Positions 10,103-17,275 of a stretch of DNA of 20,000 bases are shown here, piece by piece. Origin of the DNA: an uncultured virus (IMG/VR IMGVR_UViG_3300016476_001224) (lineage: Duplodnaviria; Heunggongvirae; Uroviricota; Caudoviricetes); IMG/VR virus record IMGVR_UViG_3300016476_001224; one strand, given 5' to 3'. The notes beneath the pieces were generated by a model. It made no database searches. It had not been told where the DNA came from and worked only from the letters and a program-made list of their open reading frames with translations. A program made the translations under genes and the position numbers. The stretch's first letter is position 1; each line of letters begins with the position of its first letter.

Positions 10103-11233
10103 ATGGGATGTGGAACAACAATATTTGGTGGTGGAGCACAATATATTAAAGTAAATGGTGGTGACTTCATTGCAATTGATGGTGCCAATATAGTAGATAG
10201 ACTTACTGTATCAGATTTAAGAATGCCCTACAAACAACTTCTTAAAAGTAGAATTATACTTAAAGCTGGTCAATCAAATTATTTATTAAATCATTTAGGT
10301 TTAGGAGATAATGCAACATTTTTAGCAATTAAAGCACTTTATAATTCTGCTTCTGTTATAGAAGAAGATAATTATATTACTTGGAGTTTTTATGATGACA
10401 TAACAAAAAGTCATCCTATGGCACAAATGATGTGTTTAACTGGTAATTCTACAAATAGAATTAAACAATTATATTTAACTAATCCAAATACTAAATATGC
10501 AGTAACACTAGAAGTAATGGTTGGTGTTATTGATGACTCATATACATTCTTTAATGATAGTTTAAATCAATCAGGAACCACATTTACTGGATTAGAATGC
10601 ACTGATATAAAAACACATATACAAGGTGAGTCTATTAAAATAATGGATAAAGGAACACCTTCAAGACCTTTAATTTACCTACAAATATCAAATATTCAAA
10701 CTATTGAAAAGTCTGGTAATATTTTAATATTAGATGACACAAGTTATGGTCAAATATTTTTACATTTCTTAACAGAGTTTGATACCTATCAGGCAAACTC
10801 TCTGCTCAATTATATTATTAATAATATTGATATAGATATAAATAATGAAAATTTAGATTCTGAGAAACCTATAATTTATTTTTATAATAAAGTTTCAAAT
10901 ACAGGTGATTACATATCATTAAATGGTGCCACTGCTGGTCCTTACTCAACTATAGATGGATTAACATTCTCAACATCTATATCAATTACAGATTATGGTA
11001 CTGCTAGTGGTATAATTAACAAACCACAATTAATTAATTTACTAGTGGATAATATTAATGATAATAGAGATGGTTTAATGATAATACAACCTTCTAATTT
11101 AACAATTTACTCTAATACTTTCAGTAGTATTGACACAATTAGTGACATAGGAAACTATTCAGTTAAAATTAATATGTCTGATATAGCACATAATGTATTA
11201 GATGTAAATATATATTTAACAATAAATCCTTAA
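10103..11233 (+). CDS. Putative structural protein with C-terminal Ig-like domain (376 aa)
   Basis: C-terminal DSEKPIIYF...GNYSVKINMSDIAHN...IYLTI resembles the D-x-x-x-P-x-I ... G-x-Y-x-V...D-x-A-G-N pattern of bacterial Ig-like/HYR-type modules; preceded by the putative late promoter. Confidence 0.5.
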   Translation: MGCGTTIFGGGAQYIKVNGGDFIAIDGANIVDRLTVSDLRMPYKQLLKSRIILKAGQSNYLLNHLGLGDNATFLAIKALYNSASVIEEDNYITWSFYDDITKSHPMAQMMCLTGNSTNRIKQLYLTNPNTKYAVTLEVMVGVIDDSYTFFNDSLNQSGTTFTGLECTDIKTHIQGESIKIMDKGTPSRPLIYLQISNIQTIEKSGNILILDDTSYGQIFLHFLTEFDTYQANSLLNYIINNIDIDINNENLDSEKPIIYFYNKVSNTGDYISLNGATAGPYSTIDGLTFSTSISITDYGTASGIINKPQLINLLVDNINDNRDGLMIIQPSNLTIYSNTFSSIDTISDIGNYSVKINMSDIAHNVLDVNIYLTINP

Positions 11234-11249
11234 AAATAATTACTTTATA

Positions 11250-12854
11250 ATGTATAGATATGATAGTTTTTTAAGACCCTTAACAGTCTCAGATAAGAAT
11301 ATTAAAATATTAGACAATTCTAATATAATTAAATATACCATTGATCCATTTTCAATAATTAATATTTCTGATGATAATAACCTAATAAAAATAAGTTTAA
11401 AATCCTTAAAAACCATAAAAATTGATTTTAGTACAAAAAATGAGGCACTAATTGCTTTAGAAAAACTACAAGAACAAATAGACTATTTGACCAATAAAAT
11501 TCCAACACAGGTAGATAAAGAAATAAAAAAATATGTACAAAATATTTTTGAACAAGTTTCTATTATTGTTGGTCCAACAGGTCCTACTGGGGNNNNNNNN
11601 NNNNNNNNNNNNNNNNNNNNNNNNNNNNNNNNNNNNNNNNNNNNNNNNNNNNNNNNNNNNNNNNNNNNNNNNNNNNNNNNNNNNNNNNATGGTTTAATAG
11701 GTCCAACAGGACCAATTGGTCCAACAGGACCAATTGGTCCAACAGGATTAGGAATAGAAGGAACACAATATATTTTAGTTTCTGCAAATGGTACTGATTT
11801 AGAGAATGCTTTACGGTTACAAGCTGCATATGATCAAGCAAAAACAATGTCACCTACTGCAAGTAATAGAATAACTATAATTGCAGCACCTGGTAGCTAT
11901 AATTTTGAAATACAACCATTTATTTTGGATACTGAATATATTGACTTAGTATCTTTAGATGGTAACAGAAGTGTTATATTAAATTCTACACAATCAGGTA
12001 ATATTTACATAGTTTCTAACAATGTTTTTGTAAAAGGAATTGAAACTAAAACATTACCATTTATTATAGAAAATGATTTAGATAAAATAAAGATTGTAAA
12101 TTGTAAGGGAGGTGATTATTCTTTTAATTGCTCTATTTTATCTGGTACATTTATAGATTGTGAAGGTGGTAATTATTCATTTTATGGTAATGATGTATCT
12201 GGTACATTTGTTAAATGTAAGGGAGGTAATTATTCATTTGGATATAATGCATCTGGTGATTTCATTGAATGTGAAGGAGAAAGTTACTCTTTTGGAGGAG
12301 GTGATTTCTATCTAAGTATAAATGGTATAGCATCTGGTAATTTTACCAATTGTATAGGTGGAGTACATTCCTTTGGTGGTTATTCAAGTATTGCATCAGG
12401 TGTATTTAATAATTGTAAAGGTGCATATGGTTCTTTTGGTGGTGGTGAAGGTGAGGCATCAGGTACATTTAATAATTGTCAAGGTAATGACTCATCATTT
12501 GGTGGATATGGTATAGCATCAGGTATATTTAATAATTGCACCGGTGATTGGTATTCCTTTGGTGGTGGTGCTGGTAATTATGGTATAGCATCTGGTAATT
12601 TTACCAATTGTATAGGTGGATTAAGTTCCTTTGGTGGTTATATTTCATCTGGTATTTTTACTAATTGTATTGGTGGTGCTAGTTCATTTTTTTCTACAAA
12701 TAGTGATATAGGGATATATAATTATTGTATAGCTGATGGTGGATTTGATAATAGTGGAATTAAATACTTTTGTAAACTAACATATGGTACTTTTCCAAAT
12801 AGAGGAAGAAGAATTTATTGTATAGATGGTAATAATAATACTAATAATAATTAA
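11250..12854 (+). CDS. Collagen-repeat tail fibre/spike-like protein with C-terminal Cys-ladder beta-helix repeats (contains assembly gap)
   Basis: GPT/GPI triplets on both sides of the N gap, in the same frame; about ten copies of SGxFxxCxGxxxSF in the C-terminal half. True length is uncertain because of the gap. Confidence 0.7.
   Translation: MYRYDSFLRPLTVSDKNIKILDNSNIIKYTIDPFSIINISDDNNLIKISLKSLKTIKIDFSTKNEALIALEKLQEQIDYLTNKIPTQVDKEIKKYVQNIFEQVSIIVGPTGPTGXXXXXXXXXXXXXXXXXXXXXXXXXXXXXXXXXGLIGPTGPIGPTGPIGPTGLGIEGTQYILVSANGTDLENALRLQAAYDQAKTMSPTASNRITIIAAPGSYNFEIQPFILDTEYIDLVSLDGNRSVILNSTQSGNIYIVSNNVFVKGIETKTLPFIIENDLDKIKIVNCKGGDYSFNCSILSGTFIDCEGGNYSFYGNDVSGTFVKCKGGNYSFGYNASGDFIECEGESYSFGGGDFYLSINGIASGNFTNCIGGVHSFGGYSSIASGVFNNCKGAYGSFGGGEGEASGTFNNCQGNDSSFGGYGIASGIFNNCTGDWYSFGGGAGNYGIASGNFTNCIGGLSSFGGYISSGIFTNCIGGASSFFSTNSDIGIYNYCIADGGFDNSGIKYFCKLTYGTFPNRGRRIYCIDGNNNTNNN
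11571..11747 (+). repeat. Collagen-coding tandem repeat (18-bp unit ggtccaacaggaccaatt) flanking an assembly gap
   Basis: Units at 11700-11717 and 11718-11735, partial unit at 11736-11747; ggtccaacaggtcctactgg precedes the gap. Confidence 0.85.
11593..11688. other. Scaffold gap (96 N)
   Basis: Run of N inside the collagen repeat, consistent with a repeat-induced assembly break. Confidence 0.98.
12322..12641 (+). repeat. 62-bp intragenic direct repeat (12322-12383 and 12580-12641)
   Basis: atggtatagcatctggtaattttaccaattgtataggtgga-[gtacat or ttaagt]-tcctttggtggttat; 59/62 identical; offset 258 nt (in frame). Confidence 0.9.
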
Positions 12855-12868
12855 AAATAAATGTAAAA

Positions 12869-13177
12869 ATGAAAATATATAGATCAATAATAGAAAACTA
12901 TTGGGTAGAAATATTACCTTTAGAACTAACACTAGAACAAATAAACTTAATAAAATCAAATACAAAACATATATCAGAAACACTAGGAATAAATAGAGAG
13001 AAAATAGTAGAAGAACCTAAATTATCAGAATTAATCAATTTCTATAACTCAATTTTACCAGAGTTAAATGAGACTGATAGTTATAAGCTATTATCAATTA
13101 GTATTAATGAAAATAGTAAATTTAGTGGTATTCTAAATTGTAGAGTAAATGGAGAACATAAACAAATAAAATTCTAA
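12869..13177 (+). CDS. Hypothetical protein (102 aa), possibly fibre-associated
   Basis: ORF directly downstream of the fibre gene with an A-rich leader; no recognisable motif. Confidence 0.6.
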   Translation: MKIYRSIIENYWVEILPLELTLEQINLIKSNTKHISETLGINREKIVEEPKLSELINFYNSILPELNETDSYKLLSISINENSKFSGILNCRVNGEHKQIKF

Positions 13178-13184
13178 TATATAC
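13175..13184 (+). promoter_or_regulatory. Putative late promoter TAATATATAC overlapping the upstream stop codon
   Basis: TAATATATA-catt-ATG (13188); same geometry as at 5663 and 16058. Confidence 0.6.
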
Positions 13185-13187
13185 ATT

Positions 13188-14147
13188 ATGATAAAGAAAT
13201 ATTTAGAATTTATTAAAGAAAATAAAGAAGACTTTAATTCACTTGGAGAGTGGGTTGAGTCTTTATATTCTGATGAGTATATTAAAAACATAGTAAATAG
13301 ATTTTTAGGTGAAGTAAAACCTGATATTAAACTATCAAATGCCATTAATCTTTTAGAAACAAGAGAACAAGCTGATATTAAAAAACAGATTGAAGATTAT
13401 CAACAAAATGGTTTACAAGAACACCCAGAAGCCAAAGTATCTGCCTCTACTGATGTAGAAGACCTTTTAGAATCTGAAATTACAATGGCAGGTAAAGGTA
13501 TATTCAATTCATTTTTGAAAGCATTAACAGCTTTAGGACAGAAGAATGGACAGCCAACATTAGATAAGTCACCAGATGAGTTTTTATTGTTCTATCACTA
13601 TCCAAAATTGATTTCTGATGATGTTAAAGCTATATTCAGTAGATTCAAATCTCTTTCTAAATATGTAGAGATGATTGATTATGCAAAAAATGAAGTTGAT
13701 TTATACTTTGGTATTAAATGTGATGGTAAGTTTGAATATGGTATTTCTTATGAAGAATCACTTCCTATTGGTCAATTCAAATTATCACAATCAGTTATTA
13801 AATGGATTGTTCAATTAGACTTAAAATCTGCAGCTTCTTTGAAAAAAGAATTAGTTAATTTATCATATCAAGATATTGTTTTATTAGGTAAAATTAAAAC
13901 TGATATGAAAGAGTTTACACCAGGTTATCATGAACAAAGAACTAAACCTACTTTAGTAGATAAGGTTTTATCATTTGGATATTATGGTATTGGTAAATGG
14001 GATAATGGAAAATTAGATGAAGGTGAGTTAGTTAATATTAAAGGTAATTTTAATAACTGGATATTAAGTAAAAAATGGTCTGATAAAGTTCTAATCAGTG
14101 TTAAACCTCAATCTTTTTGGTTGAATATTTATATAAAATTAAAATAA
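13188..14147 (+). CDS. Hypothetical protein (319 aa) with T4 internal-protein-like N-terminus
   Basis: Begins MIKKYLEFIKE-N; an internal LLE-S after an acidic linker could be a second prohead-protease site. Confidence 0.65.
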   Translation: MIKKYLEFIKENKEDFNSLGEWVESLYSDEYIKNIVNRFLGEVKPDIKLSNAINLLETREQADIKKQIEDYQQNGLQEHPEAKVSASTDVEDLLESEITMAGKGIFNSFLKALTALGQKNGQPTLDKSPDEFLLFYHYPKLISDDVKAIFSRFKSLSKYVEMIDYAKNEVDLYFGIKCDGKFEYGISYEESLPIGQFKLSQSVIKWIVQLDLKSAASLKKELVNLSYQDIVLLGKIKTDMKEFTPGYHEQRTKPTLVDKVLSFGYYGIGKWDNGKLDEGELVNIKGNFNNWILSKKWSDKVLISVKPQSFWLNIYIKLK

Positions 14148-14608
14148 TGAGAATGAGAAAATTTACAGAGAGTTTATCATCAAATGATATATTTGGAGAT
14201 GTAGAAAATCTAAAACTATTATTAGTTGAATTTGGTGATTATAACCTTACTTATAGTATAAACTATCATTTACAAAAGTATCATGAAGATAACCTGTTTG
14301 CACTTAGAACATCTGATAAAGGTTTTGAAGATTTAGATATTTTATATAAATTTTCAACAGCTAACTATGACAATAATAATACTTATATTAGAGCATATGT
14401 TCTAAGATTTCAGGAAACATATGAGATATTAACATCTGACCAACAAAGAAGTGGTAGAGCATTTGGAATACCTACAGAAAAAACATATCACTTTATGGAG
14501 GTTGCACAAGATGTTCAACATAAAGTAGAACAATTAGGACATACATTTACACTTGCTATGAGAGATAGTGAGTTTGATATAATGATATTAGAAGGAAAAC
14601 ATAAATAA
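14147..14608 (+). CDS. Hypothetical protein (153 aa) with N-terminal MRMRKFTE motif
   Basis: ATG at 14147 overlaps the previous stop (TAATG) and is a better start than the GTG/TTG-type start at 14117 in the ORF track. Confidence 0.65.
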   Translation: MRMRKFTESLSSNDIFGDVENLKLLLVEFGDYNLTYSINYHLQKYHEDNLFALRTSDKGFEDLDILYKFSTANYDNNNTYIRAYVLRFQETYEILTSDQQRSGRAFGIPTEKTYHFMEVAQDVQHKVEQLGHTFTLAMRDSEFDIMILEGKHK

Positions 14609-14612
14609 AAAC

Positions 14613-15008
14613 ATGATGAAATATTTAAAAACTTTTGAAAACATCAGTGATGATGAAAACTTTAACCCAGTATTAGGATTTGATAAAGATGATACTGAAC
14701 AAGAAAAATCAACAGGTCAATTTGACTTAGATTTAGCAATCACAAGAATTAAAGAAGAATTTTCTGATAATGAAGTTTCTGCTAGATATGATAATGAAAT
14801 TATGGAATGGGTGGATTCTGACTGGGAAGAGGATGGAAATTATGAATCTGAATATGATTGGTATATGGATCACAATAATGGAGAAGCACAAGATGTTGTT
14901 ATAGGTGAAATGATAAATTGGTATAAAAAAACCTATGATAAAGATATTAGTGATGAAGATTATTCTGAATTATTTGATGAAATAAAATCTGAATATGGTT
15001 TAAATTAA
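14613..15008 (+). CDS. Highly acidic hypothetical protein (131 aa) with N-terminal MKYLKTFE motif
   Basis: MMKYLKTFENISDDE...; D/E-rich throughout. Confidence 0.7.
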   Translation: MMKYLKTFENISDDENFNPVLGFDKDDTEQEKSTGQFDLDLAITRIKEEFSDNEVSARYDNEIMEWVDSDWEEDGNYESEYDWYMDHNNGEAQDVVIGEMINWYKKTYDKDISDEDYSELFDEIKSEYGLN

Positions 15009-15014
15009 ACATAT

Positions 15015-15049
15015 AAAAAGTTTTCTAATATAAATAGAAAACTTTTTTT
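15015..15049 (+). terminator. 13-bp hairpin ending in a T-run (possible intrinsic terminator) with TATAAATA across its loop
   Basis: aaaaagttttcta (15015-15027) pairs with tagaaaacttttt (15035-15047); loop atataaa; T7 at 15043-15049 directly before ATG 15050; TATAAATA at 15029-15036. Confidence 0.55.
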
Positions 15050-15499
15050 ATGAAGCAAACAAACAAAGAAGAAATACTAAAGAAATGGGATTCTGTACTT
15101 AATAATATGGGTATCTCAGAAGAAAAAAAAGAGTGGATGTCTCAGTATGCAGAAATGTATAAAGCAAATGAAATAGTTTCAGCACCTGATGAGATAATAA
15201 CTTCACAACCTGATGTTCTTTTACCAATTGCAATGAAAATTGCTGCACAAACAATAGGACATGATTTAGTATCAGTACAACCTTTAGGTGGTGGTAATTC
15301 TGGTGATGAAATGAATAAAATTAAACAAGAAGTTAAGAAAGAAAATCGTGATAGAAAAATTGATGCACTTGTTGAAGGTAAAGAGTTCAATGAGATGAAA
15401 CCTGAGGACCACCCAGATTATATCAAACCAACTGGCCCAAGTGGAAAATTATTCTATTTAGATTATGTATATGGTTCAACTAATTCAACTACAATATAA
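15050..15499 (+). CDS. Short major-capsid-protein (gp23-like) N-terminal fragment paralogue with an internal insertion
   Basis: ILKKWDSVL resembles the gp23-family N-terminal L-x-x-KW-x-x-x-L. LLPIAMKIAAQTIGHDLVSVQPL-[about 48 aa]-GPSGKLFYLDYVYG aligns by eye with T4 gp23 VMGMVRRAIPNLIAFDICGVQPMNSPTGQVFALRAVYG. Only 149 aa long. Confidence 0.65.
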   Translation: MKQTNKEEILKKWDSVLNNMGISEEKKEWMSQYAEMYKANEIVSAPDEIITSQPDVLLPIAMKIAAQTIGHDLVSVQPLGGGNSGDEMNKIKQEVKKENRDRKIDALVEGKEFNEMKPEDHPDYIKPTGPSGKLFYLDYVYGSTNSTTI

Positions 15500-15669
15500 T
15501 GAGTGTTTATAAGAAACCTGGTGTATATACAACATATACCAATAAGACATATATCAGAACACCTAAGAATTTTTTACGTAAAATTAAGATTAGAAGAATA
15601 TTAGGTTTACCACCTAAGAATGAACCTATATTTATAAGTCCTGGAATTTATACCTCAGAATATGATTAG
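15499..15669 (+). CDS. 56-aa mini-protein with two tail-sheath N-terminus-like motifs (not in the ORF track)
   Basis: TAATG-coupled start; translates MSVYKKPGVYTTYTNKTYIRTPKNFLRKIKIRRILGLPPKNEPIFISPGIYTSEYD*; fills the gap between neighbours exactly and overlaps the next ATG. Confidence 0.65.
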   Translation: MSVYKKPGVYTTYTNKTYIRTPKNFLRKIKIRRILGLPPKNEPIFISPGIYTSEYD

Positions 15670-16057
15670 AATAATATTTTTATTGATAACAACATTTGTT
15701 TACTCTCAACAGAAAGTTGTTTATTATAACTATGGATATGATGGTATGGAAAGTATAAGTAGAGTTAGGGGTTCTGATTCAATGGTGGTTTATTCTAATT
15801 ATAAATCAAGACCTTTGATAAGAAGAGAAGTTTGTGATAGTGTTTTAAAAGATTATAAAAGATTAAAAAGTGGTCCTTATGTAGTTTGTATAAAAGAAGC
15901 TAAAGTAATTGGTAAGTTAGAAATAATAAGAAAATATAATTTAGTATCAATTAATTATTATTATGAAAGAGTAGAATATTCTGATGGTATAATAGAAGTA
16001 TATAAAAGTCCTGTAATAAAACCTAAAAAGAAAAGTAAAAAGAGGGTCATGAGGTAG
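15662..16057 (+). CDS. Putative exported protein with Sec signal peptide and basic C-terminus
   Basis: MIRIIFLLITTFVYS-QQKV: short basic/hydrophobic leader with a V-x-S cleavage site followed by Gln; ends KPKKKSKKRVMR. Confidence 0.6.
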   Translation: MIRIIFLLITTFVYSQQKVVYYNYGYDGMESISRVRGSDSMVVYSNYKSRPLIRREVCDSVLKDYKRLKSGPYVVCIKEAKVIGKLEIIRKYNLVSINYYYERVEYSDGIIEVYKSPVIKPKKKSKKRVMR

Positions 16058-16067
16058 TAATATATAC
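16058..16067 (+). promoter_or_regulatory. Putative late promoter TAATATATAC
   Basis: TAATATATA-cctt-ATG (16071). Confidence 0.6.
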
Positions 16068-16070
16068 CTT

Positions 16071-16403
16071 ATGATAAATATTTACTTAGTTTGTGCTGAA
16101 ATAAATGGTGAGAAATTACATAAGATAGGATATACAAAAAGAACCATAGAAGAAAGAATTAGAGAGTTTAAAACAGGCAATGCATCTGATTTTTATATTA
16201 TAGATTCTTTCAGATCACAATGGGGTACAAAAATTGAAGCTCTTCTTCATAAGACTTTTAAAGATAAAAAAGTAAGAGGTGAGTGGTTTAATTTAACTGA
16301 TGAAGATTTATTATCTTTTCAGGAAAGATGTCAAATATTACATGACAACTTTGAAATAATTTCAAAAAATAATACATACTACTTAGATAGAGGTAGTTTT
16401 TAA
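16071..16403 (+). CDS. T5orf172/MUG113-type GIY-YIG nuclease domain protein
   Basis: IYLV...KIGYTKRTIEERIREFKTGN...IEALLHKTFKDKKVRGEWFNL is the characteristic pattern of this family. Confidence 0.85.
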   Translation: MINIYLVCAEINGEKLHKIGYTKRTIEERIREFKTGNASDFYIIDSFRSQWGTKIEALLHKTFKDKKVRGEWFNLTDEDLLSFQERCQILHDNFEIISKNNTYYLDRGSF

Positions 16404-16419
16404 AAAATAAAATAAAAAT

Positions 16420-16689
16420 ATGGATTTAAAAGAACATTCAATTAGACAATATATGTCTAATATAGATTTCAAAAATGATGATTGGAAAGTATCAAAAATT
16501 TTAGAAGATATGCGTAGATTCTTAGGTGAAGAACCATCAATAGATGTAGTCTATAAAAAAGATGTTATGATTAATGAAGTAACTGGTACTGCAAAAGAAT
16601 TTGTTGATGTAGATAAAATTCAAATTGTTTTTACTGGAACTGACAATAGATTTCATAAAATTGAATTTATAGTTGGAGAAAAAATATAA
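16420..16689 (+). CDS. Hypothetical protein (89 aa)
   Basis: Clean ORF in the gene string with an A-rich leader; no recognisable motif. Confidence 0.7.
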   Translation: MDLKEHSIRQYMSNIDFKNDDWKVSKILEDMRRFLGEEPSIDVVYKKDVMINEVTGTAKEFVDVDKIQIVFTGTDNRFHKIEFIVGEKI

Positions 16690-16698
16690 TTATAAAAA

Positions 16699-16923
16699 AT
16701 GAAATTAGAAGATTATTATTTAGATCTTGATAAAGTAACTTTACTTAAAACAGAAGATGAAAGACAAAACATACACAACTATTATAGAGATATGATGTAT
16801 GCAGTTGCTGAGAATGCACCTGATAGAGCTAAAAGTATTATGTTTACTTTATTAAAAGCAGGTTACTTAAAAAATGTAACACAAGAAGATAGAGATGAAA
16901 AAATTGAATATATTTTAGGATAA
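16699..16923 (+). CDS. Hypothetical protein (74 aa) ending in RDEKIEYILG
   Basis: Clean ORF; C-terminal RxxKIxxIL motif at 16891-16917. Confidence 0.7.
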   Translation: MKLEDYYLDLDKVTLLKTEDERQNIHNYYRDMMYAVAENAPDRAKSIMFTLLKAGYLKNVTQEDRDEKIEYILG

Positions 16924-17222
16924 TGAAGTTTGATATAATTGAATATTTAGGTAAAATTGAAGATGGTGTTTTAGTAATTATAACATTAAACTATGAAGAT
17001 GAATACTATGAGTCAACATTTTACTATAAAAATCAATTTGTAACTTTAACAGTTGATGAGAAACTTGAAGAAATTCTTGGTTGTGAAATTGAAAGGTGGA
17101 AAGGTTATAATAAATTGGTTTTAGAAATAGTGGAAAAAACAGTACCTTACAATGAGATTATAAATACATTAGATGAAATAGATTTAGATTATTACTTTGG
17201 TGAAGCAGAGGAAGAAGAATAA
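16923..17222 (+). CDS. Acidic hypothetical protein (99 aa)
   Basis: TAATG-coupled to the previous gene; followed by a terminator. Confidence 0.7.
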   Translation: MKFDIIEYLGKIEDGVLVIITLNYEDEYYESTFYYKNQFVTLTVDEKLEEILGCEIERWKGYNKLVLEIVEKTVPYNEIINTLDEIDLDYYFGEAEEEE

Positions 17223-17246
17223 AGTCAACTTAGGTTGACTTTTTTT
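17221..17246 (+). terminator. Rho-independent terminator
   Basis: aaagtcaac-ttag-gttgacttt stem-loop with T7 (17240-17246) immediately after the stop codon. Confidence 0.8.
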
Positions 17247-17275
17247 ATATAAAAAAGAAAATGTTAAACTAATAA

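Noticed and set aside
12322..12641. 62-bp near-identical pair as a DGR template/variable repeat
   Set aside because: Mismatches (g/t, c/a, a/g) are not confined to adenines of one copy, both copies are in frame in the same gene, and no reverse transcriptase is in the window.
14117..14146. Upstream start for the 163-aa ORF
   Set aside because: It would overlap the previous gene by 31 nt; ATG 14147 is stop-coupled and places the KFTE motif at the N-terminus.
17235..17263. TTGACT as a sigma70 -35 box, and the palindrome ttttttatataaaaaa
   Set aside because: TTGACT is part of the terminator stem with no -10 box at 17-bp spacing; a pure A/T palindrome is weak evidence in such AT-rich DNA.
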